DNA of 64,000 nucleotides from Microthyrium microscopicum (Eukaryota): NCBI GenBank assembly GCA_010405405.1, contig MU004231.1, positions 2,061,860 to 2,125,859 of the forward strand, read 5' to 3'. Shown piece by piece: positions 53,251 to 64,000 of this stretch (position 1 is its first letter; each line of letters starts with the position of its first letter). The notes under the pieces were generated by a model. It saw only the letters and a program-made list of their open reading frames with translations, ran no database searches and was not told where the DNA came from. The position numbers and the translations under genes were made by a program.

Positions 53251-54648
53251 TCAGTTTCTGGGCTTCAACTGAGCAGTGTCACAATCCACGACTTTTCGCC
53301 AAAATTCGTCGACGAAATTGCGAGGCCACAGACTGTAATCTCCCAGACCTTTGGGCTTCAGAACCTCGCACCAGCCTTTCAATTCGTTTTCCAGAGACTG
53401 CTTCGCAGCCAACAAGGAAGGATAATGGGAGAGCAACATGCCAACCTTTCGGGATTGCGCCCAAATCTGCTTGTTCAACATTTGGAGTTGGGCATCGTCC
53501 GGTGTGACAGGTGTGCCTGGTATTTGGAGCTTTTCAACACATTCCATGCGTGAGAAGCAGTCTTGAAAGGCTATCAGAAGAGGAGAGCAGCTGGGAATAG
53601 GCATGAGAGCCTCTTTGAGTAGGCGTCTGGCATCTTTCTCCTGAGAATGCCGTCCCCATCTCCAGGGAGACGTAGATCCTGAACGAAAAGAAGACACCAC
53701 CTGATATGGCTCATTGCTTCCCCAATCAATGGTGAGTTGAGTATACTTGGCATACCGATCGTACATCCGATGCCATTCCGTGATGGGTTGGATGTGGGTG
53801 AGGCATTTGAGGCTCGGAAACATCAGCTCAATGTCATGCAGGCAAAGACGCCTGGACACGCGACCATGGGAGCAGCATTGCGGATATTCATGAGAGAAGT
53901 TTTCGCAAAGAATAGCAAGCTTGGTTATCTTGTGTGTGGCTCGTATGGCAAAAGTGAATGGGAAATCAGGTGTTGTTATGGCCCCCCTTTTCTTGATGGG
54001 GGCATAGAGTTGCTTTAATATCTCGAGAGCAGTTTGAAGTTGCGGCTTCACTTTCCGGACATGACATATAGCTCGAATAGATCGAGCTTGGTCAGCGAGC
54101 ATATCAGTTTCCCGCGGCTTATACTCGAAATCCAAATAGAAGGTCTTATGGGATGCTGCGAAATCATCGCTTTCTTGTTGGAGTTGTTGTGACGTCGCTC
54201 GCAATGACTCCAAGGTTGCAGCTTGAGCAAAGTGGTACACCATATGTCGAATCTCCAGTGGTAGTCTTAGGAATGGGAAAGTGGATGAAGGTAGACAGAA
54301 CGTTGTCAATCTGCGCCCAGTTAGCATAGGATTAGAAGAGTTTTCACTATTTCTCTTGAGCCAAGGGCTCTGAGATTAATAAACCTGGGCTTAGTCTAAG
54401 CTTTGGGATGTAAAGACTACTCTTCCAGTTCTTTCTGAAAAGGGCGTTGAATCAGAGTAACATACCTGCACTTTCTCTACTCATAATTAGTTCATGATAT
54501 CTCGAATTTCCTTGAGATCATAAGCGCTTACCATGTCTTCATGTGTACGGCACTGTTCGCCCATACTCCCGAGTAACTTCCAGTCTCCGAGAGTCTTGCC
54601 AAGCGTGGTTTGACTGAAGTCGATCGACTCCGCTGTATTGGACGCCAT
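53251..54648 (-). CDS. F-box-like hypothetical protein, family member 4
   Basis: Exon 1 MASNTAE..DWKLLGSMGEQCRTHEDM|, putative 11-nt exon RKCR, then FPFLRLPLEIRHMVYHFA..LESLRATSQQLQQESDDF, QCCSHGRVSRRLCLHDIELMFPSLKCL, LLSHYPS. Confidence 0.75.
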
Positions 54649-55787
54649 GATAGAACTGGCAGCAGTCACTTATGTCAATGAGGGACTTAAAATAAGTTTC
54701 TGTTTGCTGAGATCTGGTGAAGAAAGAATTTGGAGACTACTGGGCCAGCAGTCTCTAGTGACTGAGGGTTTTCGCCAATTGTTGGATCCGTTCGTACGTA
54801 TAGGTCCTAGAAGATGTGTATGAAGCAGAAGCTTGAGATTAGAGGCCGTCGAGCTTATAGGAGAGGGTGGGTAAACAGAAAGCCGTGTGGTTTGTGTAGA
54901 AGAAGAGATCCAAACAAACTGCAGTTGAAGGAATACATATCCAGCCACTCGTGAAGAGGTGAAGATGTGAAATTTGTTGATACGATTTTCACCTGATCTT
55001 TATACCTCATAAGTAAGGAGTCGGGCGTAATGTGATATGAGCAGGTTGATTGCGCCTAATGAAACTGGAGCGAAGTCGAAGTGCTCTTGGGCCAAAGCTG
55101 GATAGCAACTGCTTCGTCGAGTGCCGCTTCAAATGCTCAGGGCGCTGTACCAAATAAACAGGCGACGAGTATGCAGACAAACTGCTCGTCATCCTGCCTG
55201 AAGTAGCGGCTGTTGTCGATCTAGAAACAAGCCCTCTTACCTATGTTGGTAGCTGTAGTTCGTGCCAGGTGCTTGACGACTCATCAGGTGAAACGGGTGC
55301 AGAATTGGTCAGTAGCATTGAACCATCACCAGATCGAGAAGTCTCGTCGGATCATATCCTGTCGCTGCCCTCCGGCGCGGAGAAGGCATTATTTGATACC
55401 TATTCGATGTATCAGGGGCGTGACTGTGGTAGTATCTTTATCGCATGGTAAACGCGATAACGACAAGAATTGCAATGAAGAGGATACCCAACAAGACTGA
55501 AGGTCAGTGGGCCAAAGACCCGGGTATTTGGGCAAGTTGATTTCAAGTTCATGCAGCCGAGTCGAAAGTTTGAAAGAGTGCCATTGGAGGAGACAGGGCC
55601 TTGCTAGGGAAAGATCATATCAGTGACAGTTCGTACCATAATCCATTATCAAGTACATCCCGTCTAGAGCGTAGCAAGCTAAAGCAACAATGTCATAAAG
55701 TACTAGCCATTACCCTTGTATTTCTCACAAATCGAAAGTGTTCTCCCATGATCCTTTACATGACATATTGGGTGTGGTATCTGCTTT

Positions 55788-56856
55788 CTATGTCTCTTTT
55801 CTGAGGTCGAACAGCGCAGAGAGTCGAATCAACCAAGCGTGCAGAGCAGCCAAGAACGGAATTAGCTGTCCCGGAGAAGATGGATCTCCAATAGGTTCCA
55901 TGTAGCTGTATTGAATTGTCATCTCGGCTGCGGCAGCACGGAATGGAAAGAGAATGAACGTCGATAAAGCTGTTCCAGCAATAGTTGCTCTCGATATATT
56001 AAGAACCTCTCGACCGTTATGACTACCCTGTTCATGGTCATACGAATCAACAGTCTGTGAGACTGATCAGCCACCGTTAAGTCTCTATGGCAAAGTCTAT
56101 ACTCACCCATTTCTTGTCATTTTGGGTTCCTTCCCACCACCAGGCTATCGTTGGCAGAATTGAAGCGCTGATGTTTCGAGCCACAGAAAGCAATCCAAAA
56201 GCAGCGCCAATACACGAAAATGCTGTCATTACTTTCCAGTAAGGTCCTCCGATGTCCACTTGCACAAAAATTCACGTCAGATTTTCGGTCCCCAGATAAG
56301 GAAGCAAGCTGCTGCCCACAGGATAAAACCAAAGTTGGGCGCCCTGTAACCACAACGTTGAGACTAGCCAGCAACATAGCCCGAAAGCATTACCTCGAAC
56401 ACCTCCATTTACCGTTCCGATGAATGCTGTAGCCAGGTTGGTGCCTAAGATGTTGAAGACAACAATGCTTTCTGCGGGGCTAATATCGTACAGGGCAGCT
56501 CGTCTAGTCCAGCTGCCAAGAATGGATATGCATACAACAGTGCTGAACAGCATGGGAGCAGCGCCTCCTGGTTGACGGAGAGGGCGAACAGCAACTATTT
56601 GTGAGGAGATTGCCTGAAGATATAGGCCGGCTCGAATTCCAAGGCCGTATATGTCTTGGGCGAAAACTTCGTTGCCGGCTGAGCGAGCGGATATCCTGTT
56701 AGGCTCATGCCCGCCTGAGAGACTGAAGTAGATCGACACCACGGTGATCGCAGAGCCGCATAGTATCAGCCATGTAAATATGATGCGCTCGAGTTGATGT
56801 TTTGGTTGACATCTGTGGATCGCAATGGGAAGCAATTGATCCGTGGAGGTGACCAT
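55788..56856 (-). pseudogene. Multi-TM fungal hypothetical membrane protein with in-frame premature stop
   Basis: DIYGLGIRAGLYLQ..LGTENLT*IFVQVDIGGPYW (TGA at 56272-56274, same frame continues), intron after KKW, then AEMTIQYSYMEPIGDPSSPGQLIPFL; possible second frameshift near the 3' end. Confidence 0.7.
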
Positions 56857-57765
56857 CGTATGTTAGTAATTTCCGGTTCCAAAGAATGTTCCTGATAATA
56901 CGCAATCCATATTTCAAACGCCGCGACTTGAGACTTCTTATGTACCGGTATTTACCTTTGCAAGCCACGCGGGACATCTTGAGATCTACTCGACGACATG
57001 TACGAGAAAAAGCAAATCTTGCAGCGCCTTATATTGAGCCTTGTGGCTCATGTGGTTCATCTTTGGTAGACAAACAGCCATGCATTTCTTGGCCATTCCC
57101 TCAAGGGGGCCACATCAGAGTTGCACGAAGATCGAGACTCGTGTGAAGTGTAGTCTGGGCACTCAGCGGCTGCTCGTAATTTGCCACTTGCAACCCGTAC
57201 TCAACATAACTGGTAAACAGTTCGTTTATCGCCCAGCATAATCCGCTTGCCTACGAAGAAGGGCTTATCATCCGAAGAGAATATGGAGAATCCAGTCCAT
57301 GGTACTTGCCTTTGTGGCTTGAGGCGTCTGTTGTTCTGATCGTAGAGTGATCTGCTATCTCAGCCTGATGGAGTTGAATTGGTAGAGTTGAAAGATAGAG
57401 GAATATCTGCCCAATAATCAGGCATCTGGTCACGCCGGTGTACCCCCAGAAAGACGCGTATGGTGCGGCGATGAGCAGCACCTACCGAATCCGGCCCGCC
57501 AGTAAGTTCTACTTCAGGTCTCGGCCTGGGACGGGCCATTTGAGACGATGTTGTGTTGAGTTCAAGGAGGTTGAAATGTTGTTAGGCTGAACTCTGACGC
57601 GCAGAGGCAGGAAGCTCACAAGCTTGGACCATCACGGCCTGTTGCCTCAAAACTTCCACCACCAAGACGCTGCGGATCTTGCAAGTTACTAACTTACTAC
57701 AACACTCCATACTTTCTTTTTGCGACAACCACTGGATCTGCTTACTTGTGTCGCTTTCATTCATC

Positions 57766-59286
57766 ATGGCGGCGGCGAAAGAAACTCCAAAGATAGACCT
57801 TGACTCCTATATCACAAATTATGAAGGACGGCTACTCATCGAACGTCTTGCTACCATTGGAAGCTCAAACTCCCATCTGGCCCCAGAGGCTTTGCATTTG
57901 GCTGTTAAGCAGGCCAAGCAAGGCATAAATGCGGAAAGATATACAGAACTAGCCAAGCAACTGCAAAGTGTGGCCCCAAACGATCCGTTAGCAGTAATAG
58001 ACACCGACTGGATTGCTATCACAAATCGCCGCACGCGAGCAGAAACCGAACGACTTGATGCGGAGCTCAAGCAATACAAAAACAACCTGATTAAGGAAAG
58101 CATTCGGGTAAGCGCTAGTATATTGCACCTCAAACTTCAGAGCTAACACAATTACCTAGATGGGAAACGAAGATTTAGGGAACCACTACCTGGCGATGGG
58201 TGACTGCTCGTCTGCCTTCAAATGCTACGCAAAGATGCGCGAGTCTTGCACCACCCCCAAACACATCTCTGAGATGAACCTTAAGCTCCTCTTCGTCTCC
58301 ATTACACAACAAAACTGGACTGCTGCTGCAACATATCGTGTCAAGATGTCTGGACTCGGAATTTCTGCTGATGAGCGCACTGCTCGCTTCGACCCACTGA
58401 TGAACGCTGCAACGGCTCTGGCAAATCTCAACAGTGGCTCCTTTCGGGATGCGGCCAATTTATTCCTCGACGTAAACCCAAATTATATCCTCCTTCCTCC
58501 ACAAGCAGGCATCAAATTTCAGAAAGAGGTCATCTCACCAAACGATATTGCCATTTATGGTGGACTATGCGCTCTCGCTACCATGAATAGCGCTGAGCTT
58601 CGCACTCATGTTCTCGAGAATCAACCATTCCGACAATTTCTAGAACTAGAGCCCCATCTACGACGAGCCATTAGCATGTTCTGTAACAGCAAGTTCACGT
58701 CATGTCTTGCCGTATTAGACTCTTATGCTGCAGACTACAAACTCGACTATTACCTCCAAAAGCATTTCAATATGCTATATCACTGCATCCGTACCAAGAG
58801 CTTGGTGCAATGGCTCTCGGCTTTCAGCGTTGTCACCTTCGAGGAGATTAGCAAAGCCTTTCCTCCTACAAAGCATATTCCAGCGAGCCTTGTGAAAAGT
58901 GGTTCTTGGACCCTAGAAGAAGAATTGTCAGCGCTCGTCAAAACGGGTCTAAATGCTCGAATCGACTCAGTCTCTGAGGTAAGCCACTCCCCTTATAACT
59001 TTCAGCTCGTCATTGACCAGTTTAGCGACTCACCTCTCCCACTCCCGACGCCCGACTTTTGATGATCGAAAATACATTGAACATGGCCTCGACACAAGAG
59101 CGAGTTCTCAGTCTTCGACTCCACCGAATCAGCATGGCCTACGGTGATGGTCTAGAAGTCAAGGCTCCGAAATTCCCGCAATTCCCTACTTCTTCGTTCG
59201 GAGAGCCTATCAATTCTGATGGTGGTCACTTTACCCGTGGTTCCGGTAGAAAGAAAGAAGGTGGCATGGGCAGTTTCATGGTATAG
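57766..59286 (+). CDS. CSN1: COP9 signalosome subunit 1
   Basis: Exons 57766-58107, 58160-58978, 59026-59286; LDAELKQYKNNLIKESIR|MGNEDLGNHY, EVISPNDIAIYGGLCALATM, FRQFLELEPHLR, PCI region LNARIDS. Confidence 0.93.
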
Positions 59287-59450
59287 AAACCTGGCTGCCC
59301 CCATCAATGATGAGCTTCATGTTTTTATGTGCATAGCAATGGCGCTCAAGGGTACAGTCTATTACAAGTATTAGACGGTGATGTGATTATTGTAGTATAC
59401 CAATCTATACATTTGACTGGTTCTTCTAATATGATATTCTAGTCTAACTA

Positions 59451-61504
59451 TTAAAGCTTTGCAAGCTTCTTCTCCTCATAGTCTCGATATTTTACATAAT
59501 CCTTCAGACATTCCGGATTTGCAACAGTTGCGCTAACTTTGACATCCTGTCCGGACAGAATTTTCTTCACAGCTATTTCAACCTTCTTGCCGTTGATCGT
59601 TACTGGAATTTCATCGATCGGTAGTATGTATTTGGGTACATGTCGTGGACTCAGTTTCGAGCGAATGGCCATCACGATTTGATCCAGGACTTGTGGTGTG
59701 AGCGATTGTCCTTCTCTCATCTTGACGAACAGAAAGACTACCTCGTCATAATCGAATGACCGCTTTCGTCCCACACAAAGACTGTCAGCTATCAAGTGGA
59801 TAAAAGCTGGTGATTCAATGATGTTGTATATCTCCGCCGAACCGAATCGAATGCCTGATGGATTCAATGTGCCGTCGCTACAGCACATATTAGCTTTCCC
59901 GACTGGATGAGGAAACACATCGCTTACCTGCGCCCATGTATTTGCGCGCCGCCTGTTTTCGGGTTGAATTGAATCCAGTCATGCTGTGCCCATATCCTCA
60001 ACTTATCAAAGCGCTCGAAATATGCCTCCTGGTATTTTCGTCCGCCCTCGTCGTTCCAGAAATACACTGGCATGCTCGGGAATGGCGTCCGGCAGACAAG
60101 CTCTCCAGATTCACCGGAACCTTTGATTGATTCTCCCGTCTCTGGATCTGCAACGTCCACATCCATTCCCAACGCCAACATCTGCATCTCGCCAGCGTAT
60201 ACCGGTCCAGCTGGATCACTGGCCAGCCAGCTTGTACAGATCTCAGTGCCGCCGGCCACGCTACTAAGGTGTACTTTCGGCGAGAAGGCGCGATAGAACC
60301 AATTAAACTGGTCTGTAGTCAAAGTAGCGCCTGTCGTAGTGACCATTCGCAACGCGCTGAGGTCGTAGTCCGATGGTTTGATGCCAGACATTTCAAGTTC
60401 CAGACAATATCGCGGCGAGGTCCCGAAATAAGTGGCCTTGTGGTGCTCGAGAATGCGTAACTTCGTACTAGGATCGGGGTATAGTGGCGATCCATCATAG
60501 CAGATGAGAGCAGCTCCCACCGATAAATGCCCATTCATGATATTCCAGAGCACCCAGGACGTCGAACTATATTGAAAGACAACATCCTTCGGCGTCAGCG
60601 AATTATGCAACACCGCAATCTTTTTCAATTGCAGAATGATCCCATGCTGGTGAACCATACACTTCGGCGGCCCACTCGTTCCCGACGAGTACAATATTAA
60701 CATGGGCTCTGAAAACGGCACTCTCACAAACTCCAACGCATCATCATCCCTCGCCCTCCCCAAAAACTCCGCCAACGACCCCATCCCAAATGTCCCCTCC
60801 TTCGTTAGTGGTACAACGACTACCAAAGGCTTCTTCTCCAGCGCCTTCACAGTATCCACAATCTTGGCCTCCATACTCCTCCGCTTGCCCTTATATGTCT
60901 GATGGCTATCCGCAAACAGCACCACCGGCTCAACCTGCAGTAACCGACTCACACATCCCTCCGTCCCCATCTCGCTCGAAATCGAACTAAACACCGCCCC
61001 CATACTCGCGCTCGCCAAAAACAGCGCAATCGTCCAATTCGAATTACTCATCAGCGCGGCCACTCTATCTCCCCTTTTCACACCGCTCCTCAACAGCGCA
61101 GACCTGACTTGCCTGACATTCTCCACTAAATCGCCCCAGGACCAGCGTTCGCCATCGAGATCTTCACCTTCGCGGAGACCGATGAGTGCAGTGGAGCTCA
61201 AATCGCGGTTTGTGAGCACGTTTTCGGCGTAGTTGAGAGAGATGCCATCGAAGAAGGTGGGGATGTCGGCGATGCTTTGGGATGGGTTGTAGGCGGTTTT
61301 GATGGATGGTGGGAGGGCGGGGGTGAGGCCGACGTAGGACCAGAGATCGATCCAGAAGTCGTGACGGTGGGTGACGCTCCAGCGGTGGAGGTCTTGGCTG
61401 TTGCGGAGGGAGAGGTTGAATTTGCGATTGATGTGTTCGCGGTATATGGCGATGGGTGTTGAGTCTGGGTCGGTGGGTGTCCAGAGGGGTTGTGGGTTCG
61501 CCAT
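59451..61504 (-). CDS. Acetoacetyl-CoA synthetase (acetoacetate-CoA ligase)
   Basis: QPLWTP, LHRWSV..FW, LNYAENVL, ILYSSGTSGPPKCMVH, GELVCRTPFPSMPVYFWND, WAQHDWI, HGR|SDGTLNPSGIRFGSAEIY, IPVTINGKKVE, VANPECL. Confidence 0.95.
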
Positions 61505-61868
61505 CTTGAGTGATGTTCTTCCAGAAGGCCAACTTTGCCTGGATTTCTTTAGGGCGATGTTTTACCAACTGGGCATGTCACGATCGTTGTGGCAAGGAGG
61601 GTTTTGGAGTCGTTGGTAGAATCAAGTACCTAAGAGCAGGCCATTCTCGATATACTAGTGATGTGATCCTGGAAATAATGAAAGTTCATGATAATTTCCG
61701 AGAGCTAACAATGAGATAGCTCTTTGGTTATTATTCTCCAGATGCTCAGATCGCCGGTGTCGGGAGCTTCTGAAGCTACCCCAGCTTTTGAAGGGGGCAT
61801 GTGCTCCGCTCTCCTCAGGATCCCTGTCGTGGCGTTTTTAAGGGGGGCCAAAGGGGCTCCGCAGGCTC

Positions 61869-62107
61869 GAGACGTAGTCCAACAGCGGAACGAGCCTATG
61901 CTGACTTCAATCTTCGATCGTGACTCTCACGCTCGCAGGCTCGCTCCGAGGGGATTTTATATCTATCCCGGATCCTTAACAAACAATGATCTTACGCATA
62001 GGCCAATAACAATCGGGGCACCCTGCGGGTTCCCACGATCAATGGCCTATAGCGCGCTTTATCCAAGAAACTCAGCATAGGCTCGTTTCGCTGTTGGACT
62101 ACCTCTC
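61869..62107. repeat. Inverted-repeat element (~240 bp), possible degenerate MITE
   Basis: GTAGTCCAACAGCGGAACGAGCCTATGCTGA at 61874-61904 and its reverse complement (1 mismatch) at 62072-62102; no clear TSD. Confidence 0.75.
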
Positions 62108-63424
62108 TTAGCCCTAGGGGGTGAGTAAGCACGGACTTCAGTGGCGTTCCTGAGGAGAGTTCACCAGAACCCCGCTTTTGAAGACATGTCTGCATGCACC
62201 GAGTTTTGCCCCCAACGTCCGAGAAGGGGCTAGTCTTGATATAGCATGGCCATGCTAATCCGATATGCATGTCGAGATCGTCTTGATGTTATCCTCGTGG
62301 TAGTATGCATGCATCGGAGGGGGCCTGAAGACTGTCGGTGTTGTTCTACGGCAGATGCAGATGCAGCTACATCTATGTCTATCTGGTTGAAGATATATCT
62401 CGGTGCTTCCAGTACCCAATGGACTGTAGATTTTGACTGTTTGGAAACGATAGACCCTGAGACTGGCGGATCAAAGATGTAAACAAAAAGGTTTTGGAAC
62501 AACAAGTGTCAAACAGTCGTTTGGGTTGATCAGCGTGGAAGTCAAGGTCGTTGAGGTCAAAGCTTCCAATTCTAGAAGGAATGTAGTGTGCCAGTTGAGC
62601 GTTTTTGTTCTGTGAGATTCTAGACATCAGTCATATTACAATTCAATCATCTCAATCGTGGATTTAGCGGGCAGATGAGTCCAAAACTATGGAGTCACCA
62701 TCAATGAGTCCGACGATAGCACAGCTCGAAATGTACTCGAGATCTAAGACATAAAATTAGGAGTGTTTTTGCGCGAGCGAAGCACTATCAAAACCCTTCG
62801 AATTCAAACCCAGACTCTGATTTCGAACCCAAGGAATGTTTGAGGTCAACTCCGAAAGTCGAAATGTTGATGATCCGGAGATAAATGACATTTATCGGCT
62901 CCGAATTCCACATCAAGATGCTCTAGCAGCGGAAGCCGGCTCTTAGTTTTGGGCGCCACGATTTCTAAGCTTTTCAGTACAAAAGAGTGGATTTGGCTGT
63001 TGACTGAAATGCCCAATCAATCCATGAATTGAGCAGAATCCTGTCAGAATTTAGCGATATTGGGAATGGTCGGAATTTACGCAAAGAGTTTCTCAGCGAG
63101 CCGGTGGTAGCCTGCAGGCTTGACAGCTGCGAGGCTAAACAACAGAAGCTGGTGTATGGATGAAGCAGCAACAGGGGCGTGTGGAGTTCTGGATGTGACG
63201 GATTTTTGGAAAGACGAAAGCGGGCCAAATAATCAACTACGACATCCACGCGGCGTTTGTCTTTCTGATTGTTTTTCTTCTTAAATTCACCTTTCCCACT
63301 CGATTTCGTCTCATTTTCTCCCTGGACTTTATAGATTCTTGCGCGACCAGTTACCCAGAGGAGGACTCCTAATAAGGCTGTACATTGACTTTGTTCGCGG
63401 AACATTTCCACACCCCTTGCCAGT

Positions 63425-64000
63425 ATGGCTTCATCGATAGACGCCCGAACGCGACAGTCTGCTCCCAATCCCGATACTTCCTACGATGACAAGGACAAAC
63501 CAGTAGATAAAGACGAAAACAACAGCTCTACGCGAAGTAGCTTTGGTGGCGCGGCCGTTGATTCAGAGAAAAATGATGTTCCCCATGCAGGTCAACCACA
63601 ACCTACAGCTCTCAACGCCACCGATATCGAACAACAGCAGCCAGTATCTCGTGTTACTAGCAGACGCGGAGCGCATGTCAACGATATAGGATCGGTTCCT
63701 AATGGTGGTTTGACAGCATGGTTACAAGTTGCGGGCGCCTTTACTTTATTCTTTAATACCTGGTACGTGGATTTCACTAACTTAAACCCATGACATGAAC
63801 CATAGTGGGAAGATCTTATTGGGAGATTGATTGCTGTTGTGCAATTAAAGATCTGATTTGTGCTTCGATCTCCATGGTGTGCCCTGTCATACAATGACTG
63901 ACTGGGTATGATTATGATTGTTTCAGCCTTGCTGACATGAACTTCTAGGGGTATCATTAATACATTCGGTGTTTACGAGACCTATTATTCTCTCGACATA
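63425..64000 (+). CDS. MFS monocarboxylate transporter (MCH-like), 5' part
   Basis: VPNGGLTAWLQVAGAFTLFFNTW|GIINTFGVYETYY across intron ~63763-63948; runs off window end. Confidence 0.88.

Noticed and set aside
1..64000. CRISPR arrays, rRNA, secondary-metabolite backbone genes, intact transposases
   Set aside because: None seen; CPS1 has adenylation-like domains but no condensation domain and is not an NRPS cluster core

Overview
Intron-rich eukaryotic DNA from a filamentous ascomycete (GT..AG introns with CTRAC/CTAAT branch sites, RIP-like AT-rich transposon relic; class not determinable with certainty). Conserved genes were identified by recalled motifs, not database searches: beta-lactamase-family serine hydrolase (partial), GPR1/FUN34/YaaH acetate transporter, DHA1 MFS transporter, PTH11-like membrane protein, Arl3 GTPase, GAF-type hybrid histidine kinase, CPS1/DIP2-like AMP-binding protein, MIF/tautomerase-domain protein, formate/nitrite transporter, AP-2 alpha adaptin, YggS/PLPBP, CSN1, acetoacetyl-CoA synthetase and a partial monocarboxylate MFS transporter. 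The most striking element is fragmented in the ORF track: a 9-exon minus-strand gene (14820-16674) encoding a secreted ~461-aa polyprotein of seven C-C-CC-C-C (inhibitor-cystine-knot-like) modules. Each module is split by a phase-1 intron at the same position, and some are followed by KR/RR sites, making it a candidate multi-knottin peptide precursor. Also present: a four-member dispersed family of F-box-like proteins with unannotated Cys/His motifs, two non-autonomous TIR elements (one with a TA TSD, one long-TIR with a 7-8 bp TSD), a third inverted-repeat element, and several decaying accessory genes.
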